Shown: piece by piece, positions 58,505 through 64,000 of the stretch
How positions within the stretch are numbered: the first letter of the stretch is position 1
How the letters are laid out: every line of letters starts with the position of its first letter
NCBI GenBank assembly: GCA_963674965.2
Contig: CAXXFL010000005.1
Span: forward strand, 1 to 64,000
From: a bacterium
GTDB lineage: Bacteria > RBG-13-61-14 > DATKZS01
DNA length: 64,000 nucleotides
Direction of reading: 5' to 3'
Program-made: the position numbers and the translations under genes
Notes under the pieces: generated by a model
Database searches by the model: none
Seen by the model: only the letters and a program-made list of their open reading frames with translations
Told to the model about the DNA's origin: nothing

Positions 58505-60052
58505 CTACTCGAAGTTGTACCTTAAGATCACGTTGGAGTTAAGGCCTCCGTCATAGCGCATGACGTAGAGGTTTCCCGCCCTCCAGACCATGAAGTGGTG
58601 GTTGTCGTTCAGGTTCAATATCTCGACCGGACCGGTCCGGCCGGTCTTGAACATGAAGTAGTCCACGAAGCCCGTATAGCCCGTTCCCGGGTTGTAGACA
58701 TAGGTGATCATGCCCTCGGCGTACACGTTGAACTCGCAGTCGAACTCCCAGTCCTGACTCCAGATATTGGCCTCGATGTTAAAGGCGTCGCCAGGGATGG
58801 GATAAAGGGAGTCCCACGCCGATATGAGGGCGCTCGAGAGGTCCGACCGGTAAAGCGAGTGGGTGGCGCCGTCATAGGTGAACAGGCCGTTTCCTTTATA
58901 AGTAATGTCCCCGTTCTCGTCGCGATGGGAGGCCCCGAACCCGGTCGGGTCCGCCGGCTCGGGCACGGCCACCGACCCCTGGGCCGAGGGATCTATCTTG
59001 AAGACCCTGGGGTCTCCGCCCAGGTTGTTGGAAACGTAGTAATTGCCCATGGTGTCGGCCGCCAGGTGGACGGGGAAGTTGAACCCCAGAGTGTCGCCCT
59101 CCGCGAAGAACACCGACAGGTCCCCCGAGGAGCCGACGCTCACGATGTTGTCTCCCTTTATGGCCCAGAGTCCGTTGTCGCAATCGGCCCACAGCGAGCT
59201 CATGCTTCCCGAAACCGCGTCAAGCTGGGTCTCGGTGGAATAGGTCGTCTTGACGCCGTCCTTGTCGATCTTCCATATTTCCTTGCCGATACCGTTGTCC
59301 CAGTAGGTATAGACGTTGCCGTAGTCGTCCGCCGCCAGCAGGGATATCTGGCCGTGGGAATAGATGGTGTCCGCCGGAAGGGGCGTCACGCCGGGCGCGC
59401 ATCCCTCATTCCAGACCCCGCACCCCGTGGCCGGCCCCTGCGGGCAGCCCTCGTCTATCTCGCCGTAGCCCGAGTCTCCCGGGCACTGGTTGTCCAGTCC
59501 GTCGCAAAGCTCGGGCGCGCCGGGGTAGACGAGGGGATTGCCGTCGTCGCAGTCGGTTGCGGCCGTGTTTCCGCCGCAGGCGCAGGCCTTGGGGTATCCG
59601 TCGGCGTCGTAATCCTCGTTATTGATAAAGGAGGTGAGCCATCTCGAGTCGACGGCAAGGGCGTAAGGGCTCGAGGTCACTCGAGCGCGCGGCGTCATCT
59701 CCGCGTCCGAGTTCACCTTCACGCCCATCCAGACCTGGGGGTGGTTTTGGAAGACTCGCGCCAGGCTTGACTCGGTGCCGGGCGTGACGACGCCGCCCCC
59801 GATCAGGACCACGTACTGGCCCTGGTCCACGTTAACGCCTCCCTCGAGGACGGACAGGAGAGCGGTGTCGCCGTCCTCGCTCGCGTAAAAGGTGAAAGTC
59901 ATGTCCACGCTGGTCCCGCTTAAGGGCTGGCCCGAGGAGTCGGTAATCCGTCCCTGGTAGTGGATGAGCTCGGGCACTGACTGGCCCCTCACCAGGAAGG
60001 CGAAAAGGCCGGCGAAAAACAAGATGCCCACCGCGAGAAGTCTAATCCTCAT
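58505..60052 (-). CDS. Secreted protein: YQGRIT-type N-domain, MopE-like metal-binding repeat, beta-propeller-like C-domain
   Basis: Signal peptide; IHYQGRITDSSGQP...TPRARVTSSPYA; DCDDGNPLVYPGAPELCDGLDNQC; repeated AADxxGNxYV blades. Confidence 0.75.
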   Translation of the reverse strand: MRIRLLAVGILFFAGLFAFLVRGQSVPELIHYQGRITDSSGQPLSGTSVDMTFTFYASEDGDTALLSVLEGGVNVDQGQYVVLIGGGVVTPGTESSLARVFQNHPQVWMGVKVNSDAEMTPRARVTSSPYALAVDSRWLTSFINNEDYDADGYPKACACGGNTAATDCDDGNPLVYPGAPELCDGLDNQCPGDSGYGEIDEGCPQGPATGCGVWNEGCAPGVTPLPADTIYSHGQISLLAADDYGNVYTYWDNGIGKEIWKIDKDGVKTTYSTETQLDAVSGSMSSLWADCDNGLWAIKGDNIVSVGSSGDLSVFFAEGDTLGFNFPVHLAADTMGNYYVSNNLGGDPRVFKIDPSAQGSVAVPEPADPTGFGASHRDENGDITYKGNGLFTYDGATHSLYRSDLSSALISAWDSLYPIPGDAFNIEANIWSQDWEFDCEFNVYAEGMITYVYNPGTGYTGFVDYFMFKTGRTGPVEILNLNDNHHFMVWRAGNLYVMRYDGGLNSNVILRYNFE

Positions 60053-60355
60053 TGTTGGTCCTCCAATATTTTCGTGATGTAAAAAAAGCCTTGCGCAGGG
60101 CTCGGGGCGTGGTCACTCTCGTTTTAAACCTAGCACGCGGGCTCGCTTTATTCAAGGAATATTTCCCGCGGCGCCCGGCGTTTGACTGATTATGGAGCGA
60201 GTGATAATCTTTTTTCATATCGTTTTTGACGCGCTCGGGCCTTCTTCCTGGCGAAGAAGGCTTTTTGACGTGACGCCGCCGATAATCGAGGATGAAGAAA
60301 TCGTTTACATGCGGGACTTTTCCTTTTCCCGCCCTTAAAAGGGACCTCAAGGATA

Positions 60356-61387
60356 ATGGCCAGCTTTAACCGGCTCAGGAAGAGAGCCCGGCGGGAGCTC
60401 GAGGACCTCGAGGTCGTACTTAAGCGAGCGAGAAAGAAGAAGGCCTCCCCCGAGGTCATCGAGGAGGCGGGCCAGTACTCGCAGATGGTTCGGCTGGCCC
60501 TTCAAGACGAGACGCGGGACGCCAAGGCCCTGGCCTACGCTCTCGATTCCCTTGACGCCTACGTTGACGAAAACCTTTCCAGGTATCGGCCCAGCTCGGC
60601 CCTGGAGACCTTCAAGGCCCTGCTCCTGGCCGTTTTGATCGCCTTCGCCATAAGGTGGGTGATCATCGAGCCCTTCCGGATACCCTCCGGCTCCATGATA
60701 CCGACCCTGTTGGTGGGCGACCAGCTACTGGTCTCGAAGCTGGCATACGGCTTTGACATGTTCGTGCCCTACCTGGACCTGAAAAAGTCGCTGGACGAGG
60801 TCGAGGCCTTGAAGAAAAAGGGCGCGGTCCGCTGGCGCTTTAAAATAAAAGGCCACGAGGTTTCGGTCGTGGCCCAGAAGCTCTTGACCTGGGGCCATCC
60901 GAAGCGGGGCGACGTGGTGGTTTTTCGTTATCCGAACGACCCGTCCGAGGACTACATCAAGAGGGTGATCGGACTTCCGGGGGACACGGTCGAGCTTCGG
61001 GACGGGGTCCTGTCGATCAACGGCAAGGCGGTGATCGAGAAAAAAGTCGGACCATACGACGGCCCCCTTGACTCGGGCGGCTGCTCGGACATGGAGCTTT
61101 ACAGCGAGACCCTCGAGGGCGCTAAAGGCGAAGTGGTCCATCCCGTGCTCCACTGCGACGACGGGTTTCATGGAAGGGATTATTACGGCTACGGACCCAT
61201 CAAGGTGCCGGAGGACTCGATATTCGTGATGGGCGACAACAGGGACCAGTCATCCGACAGCCGCGCCTGGGGCTTCGTGCCCGTAAGCTATTTGAAAGGC
61301 AGGGCCCTTATCATTCACCTGCCGCTCGATCCGGACAAGTCCTATGTTGTTCCCAGGTGGAACAGGTTTTTCAAGGTAATTAAGTAA
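60356..61387 (+). CDS. lepB: Signal peptidase I with N-terminal cytoplasmic extension
   Basis: IPSGSMIPTL, RGDVVVF, YIKRVIGLPGD, MGDNRDQSSDSR. Confidence 0.95.
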   Translation: MASFNRLRKRARRELEDLEVVLKRARKKKASPEVIEEAGQYSQMVRLALQDETRDAKALAYALDSLDAYVDENLSRYRPSSALETFKALLLAVLIAFAIRWVIIEPFRIPSGSMIPTLLVGDQLLVSKLAYGFDMFVPYLDLKKSLDEVEALKKKGAVRWRFKIKGHEVSVVAQKLLTWGHPKRGDVVVFRYPNDPSEDYIKRVIGLPGDTVELRDGVLSINGKAVIEKKVGPYDGPLDSGGCSDMELYSETLEGAKGEVVHPVLHCDDGFHGRDYYGYGPIKVPEDSIFVMGDNRDQSSDSRAWGFVPVSYLKGRALIIHLPLDPDKSYVVPRWNRFFKVIK

Positions 61388-61419
61388 CCGTTAAAAAGGC
61401 CGCCCGGACTCGTATAAAT

Positions 61420-62217
61420 ATGCGGCCCCGATTGGAACGCGAAATGATGGTAAAAGCCGACACGGCCTGGACCGACGATGAAATAGTAATGACCGACATG
61501 ACGCCGGACACGGACTTCGTGTTCGACAGGATGACGGTCGAGACGATTAACGCCGTTGACCCGAGACCGGGCGAGAAGGTACTCGACGTGGCCTGCGGCA
61601 GGGCCATAGACGCCAAGTCCCTCATGGACCGGGGCGCGGCCATGACCGGCATCGAGGCCTCGGACGTCATGATCGACAAGGCCATCGAGTACCTGGGCGC
61701 GAAAAGAAACGAGATGGGCCTCGTCAGGTCCCTCGCCGAGGACCTGCCCTTCGCCGACGGCTGTTTCGACAAGGTCGTAACCAAGGGGGCAATGGACCAC
61801 TTCGCCGACCTCCAGACCTCGATGGCGGAACTGGTCCGCGTAACGCGCCCGGGCGGTAAGATCATCATCGCCATCGCCAACTTCGAGAGCCTCACCTGCC
61901 GAGGCGGCCGCGCCATCTGGAGGGTAAGGGAAAAAATCACGGGCCAAGGCCCCGGCGATCATCCCTTTTGGGAGCCTCCCGAGGACCATAATTTCAAGTT
62001 CGATCTTCCTTTCCTCCGCGAGCTTATGTCGGAGCACTGCCATAACGTCCAGATAAAAGGCACGAGCCTTTTATGGGGCTTTCCCAAGTGGGGGGCCTTT
62101 CTTTCCAAGCTGCCGAAAGGAGTTTCGCTGGGAATATTGAAGGCGCTCGACCTTGGCGCCGCCGCTTTTCCCGGCCTTTCCGACGTTCTCATCGCCACGG
62201 GCGCGCCGAAAAAATAA
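61420..62217 (+). CDS. Class I SAM-dependent methyltransferase
   Basis: VLDVACG, AEDLPFADGCFD, LVRVTRPGG. Confidence 0.88.
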   Translation: MRPRLEREMMVKADTAWTDDEIVMTDMTPDTDFVFDRMTVETINAVDPRPGEKVLDVACGRAIDAKSLMDRGAAMTGIEASDVMIDKAIEYLGAKRNEMGLVRSLAEDLPFADGCFDKVVTKGAMDHFADLQTSMAELVRVTRPGGKIIIAIANFESLTCRGGRAIWRVREKITGQGPGDHPFWEPPEDHNFKFDLPFLRELMSEHCHNVQIKGTSLLWGFPKWGAFLSKLPKGVSLGILKALDLGAAAFPGLSDVLIATGAPKK

Positions 62218-62249
62218 GCGGCCCGCTTTTGGGCGATAATTCTCGCGGC

Positions 62250-63695
62250 TTATTCCAGGATTTCCCGCAGGGTGACCTTGAGGTAGCTTTTCGAGGTACC
62301 CAGGCTCACGTCGAGCAGTCGGTCCAGGGTTTCCTCCGGCGTCTTGGGAGGGTCGGCGGGCGCGTCGTCGCTCCGGTCGGGGTTTTCGAAGTGGACCCGG
62401 GGCCCGGGCATCTGCCAGGCGTCGGTGGCGGCCATGACCACGTCGGCCACCGTTATCGAGCCCAGGTCGCGGCCCGGCACGTGTACTTCCTCCCTGGTCC
62501 TCCGGCCGCCCGGCGAGGTACCCAATATAATCAGGTTGGCCTCCATGAGGCGAGCCAGGGTCGCCTGGATGCGGGGGACATCGATGCCCAGGCTCTCGGC
62601 AAGCTCGCTCACGGTGGGCGCCGGGTCGCCATGGAAATGGCTCTTGGATATCTCGAGCATCACCCGCGAGGCCAGGTAAACGTCTCCGGCCCGGAAATCG
62701 AGCTCATCTCTTTTACGCAGCGCGAAGCGGTAGTTTTGAATGACGTACGTAAGCTGGGCGCAAAACAGGATGATCCACCACACCAGGTAGACCCAGACGA
62801 GAAAGACCAGGAACACCCCCATCGTGCCCCACCACAACTGGCGTCCCTCCACCATCTTGGCCGCGAAAAAGGAGAACCCCCACTTGCCGATCTCGAAGGC
62901 CGCCGCGGCCACCAGGCTCCCGATAAGCGCCGGCCAGAACTCGACCCTGGTGTTGGGCAGCCACTTGTAAACCGCCAGGAAAAGGGCCCACACGATGGCC
63001 ATGGGTATACCCAGGTCCTTGAATAAACTCCAGGTCCAGGTGAACAGGGGAAGGCGGGCAAGTCCAAGGTTCTCCTGCACCGCCCGCTCGATGGACTCGA
63101 CCTGCACCTGGGCGGTCATGTACATGGACAGTCCCAGCATAAGGGGGATGAGAACGGTAAGGGCCGTGTAGGAAAGGACCCGCCAGCCGTAGGGGCGGCG
63201 ATGGGTCACGTGCCATATGTTGTTGAATATGACCTCGATGCCGTTGATGAGCAGGATCGAGGTCACCAGCATGATGATAAAGCCGAACTGGGCCCCCTGT
63301 TGGGCCTGGTTAATGAACTTGTCGATAAACTCGAAGGTGCTCTGGATGATCTGGCTCTCGGGGACCACGTATTGCTTCATCACCTGCTGGAGCTTCTCGG
63401 TAAGGTTCTCGAGCTGATAGGGCATGAGCCAGGTCAAAAGGGAAATCATGAAGGCGAGCATGGGCACCAGGGAAATCATGCTCCGGTAGGCCAGGGCGTT
63501 GGCCTGATAGGGCCCCCTGTTCTCGAAGAACAGCTTGACCGTCTGGCGCATGACCCGATACCAGTACCGGGGCTGTTCCTTGGCCTCGACGTAGACGCCC
63601 GAGGGCCCTAGTTCCTTGATCCTGTCGGAAAAATCCTTCGCCGCCAGGATCGCGTCGCGGACTATGGATTGGTTCCCGTTCAAATCCGACTCCAT
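62250..63695 (-). CDS. YihY/BrkB-family membrane protein with C-terminal wHTH
   Basis: ALAYRSMISLVP, FNNIW, YKWLPN, VYLVWWIILF, then TVSELAESL helix-turn-helix. Confidence 0.9.
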   Translation of the reverse strand: MESDLNGNQSIVRDAILAAKDFSDRIKELGPSGVYVEAKEQPRYWYRVMRQTVKLFFENRGPYQANALAYRSMISLVPMLAFMISLLTWLMPYQLENLTEKLQQVMKQYVVPESQIIQSTFEFIDKFINQAQQGAQFGFIIMLVTSILLINGIEVIFNNIWHVTHRRPYGWRVLSYTALTVLIPLMLGLSMYMTAQVQVESIERAVQENLGLARLPLFTWTWSLFKDLGIPMAIVWALFLAVYKWLPNTRVEFWPALIGSLVAAAAFEIGKWGFSFFAAKMVEGRQLWWGTMGVFLVFLVWVYLVWWIILFCAQLTYVIQNYRFALRKRDELDFRAGDVYLASRVMLEISKSHFHGDPAPTVSELAESLGIDVPRIQATLARLMEANLIILGTSPGGRRTREEVHVPGRDLGSITVADVVMAATDAWQMPGPRVHFENPDRSDDAPADPPKTPEETLDRLLDVSLGTSKSYLKVTLREILE

Positions 63696-63787
63696 CCAGA
63701 TTGTAGCAGATTTACTCCGGCGCCAATAGGCCCGGCCTCGATAAAAATCCTCTGGTCTTCCCGGACCCGAGGCCCCAGGTTTATCTC

Positions 63788-64000
63788 TCAGCGCAAAAGT
63801 GACTCATAAAGCTCCCTATGCCTCTCGATCATCCGCGAGATGGAGAATTCCCTCGATACCCTCTCGCGTCCGGCCCGGCCCATGGCTTCACTTCTTTTCC
63901 GGCCCAGAAGCAGGGCGGCCGCCGCTCGCGCCAGTTCTCCAACGTCGTCCGGCTTGACCAGGATGGCCGTTTCTCCCTCGGCCGTTCGCTCGATCCCGCC
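63788..64000 (-). CDS. Glycosyltransferase family 4, 3' end (partial)
   Basis: Manual translation GGIERTAEGETAILVKPDDVGELARA...MGRAGRERVSREFSISRMIERHRELYESLLR*. Confidence 0.8.
   Translation of the reverse strand, partial: GGIERTAEGETAILVKPDDVGELARAAAALLLGRKRSEAMGRAGRERVSREFSISRMIERHRELYESLLR

Overview
GC-rich bacterial chromosome segment. Gene content (iorAB-paaK-ACT-paaK-liv cluster, ilvC-psd-pssA-leuA, cNMP and FHA proteins) suggests an anaerobic deltaproteobacterium-like organism; this is inferred, not proven. Bases ~7150-64000 are mostly housekeeping or metabolic genes: chlI/chlD-type chelatase subunits, NfeD-flotillin, Tat GH63, glgP, rsmE, a long minus-strand run (ilvC, psd, pssA, leuA, leuC, lspA, lgt, B12 radical SAM, a His-less ADP-forming acyl-CoA ligase homologue, a bCerS/YghO-like GNAT, YfhO), rodA, GH36, an aryl-acid uptake/activation cluster, lepB and YihY. 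Bases 1-7150 are a fragmented accessory mosaic: an IS3 cutting a trypsin-like protease gene, a primase/helicase remnant with octamer iterons split by IS630, exact end-less fragments of both IS elements, a 186-bp MITE with target duplication, a tRNA-Arg anticodon-arm fragment and a dispersed ~65-bp repeat. The most novel-looking signals are (i) an orphan ~150-nt fully structured element at 6952-7103 ending in a repeat/anti-repeat-like duplex ...GGATTGAAAC (candidate natural single-guide RNA, no effector gene in the window), (ii) the His-less ligase + ceramide-synthase-like GNAT + B12 radical SAM + YfhO module, and (iii) strong enrichment of CTCGAG in core but not accessory DNA. All family calls come from motif recognition by eye; no searches were run.
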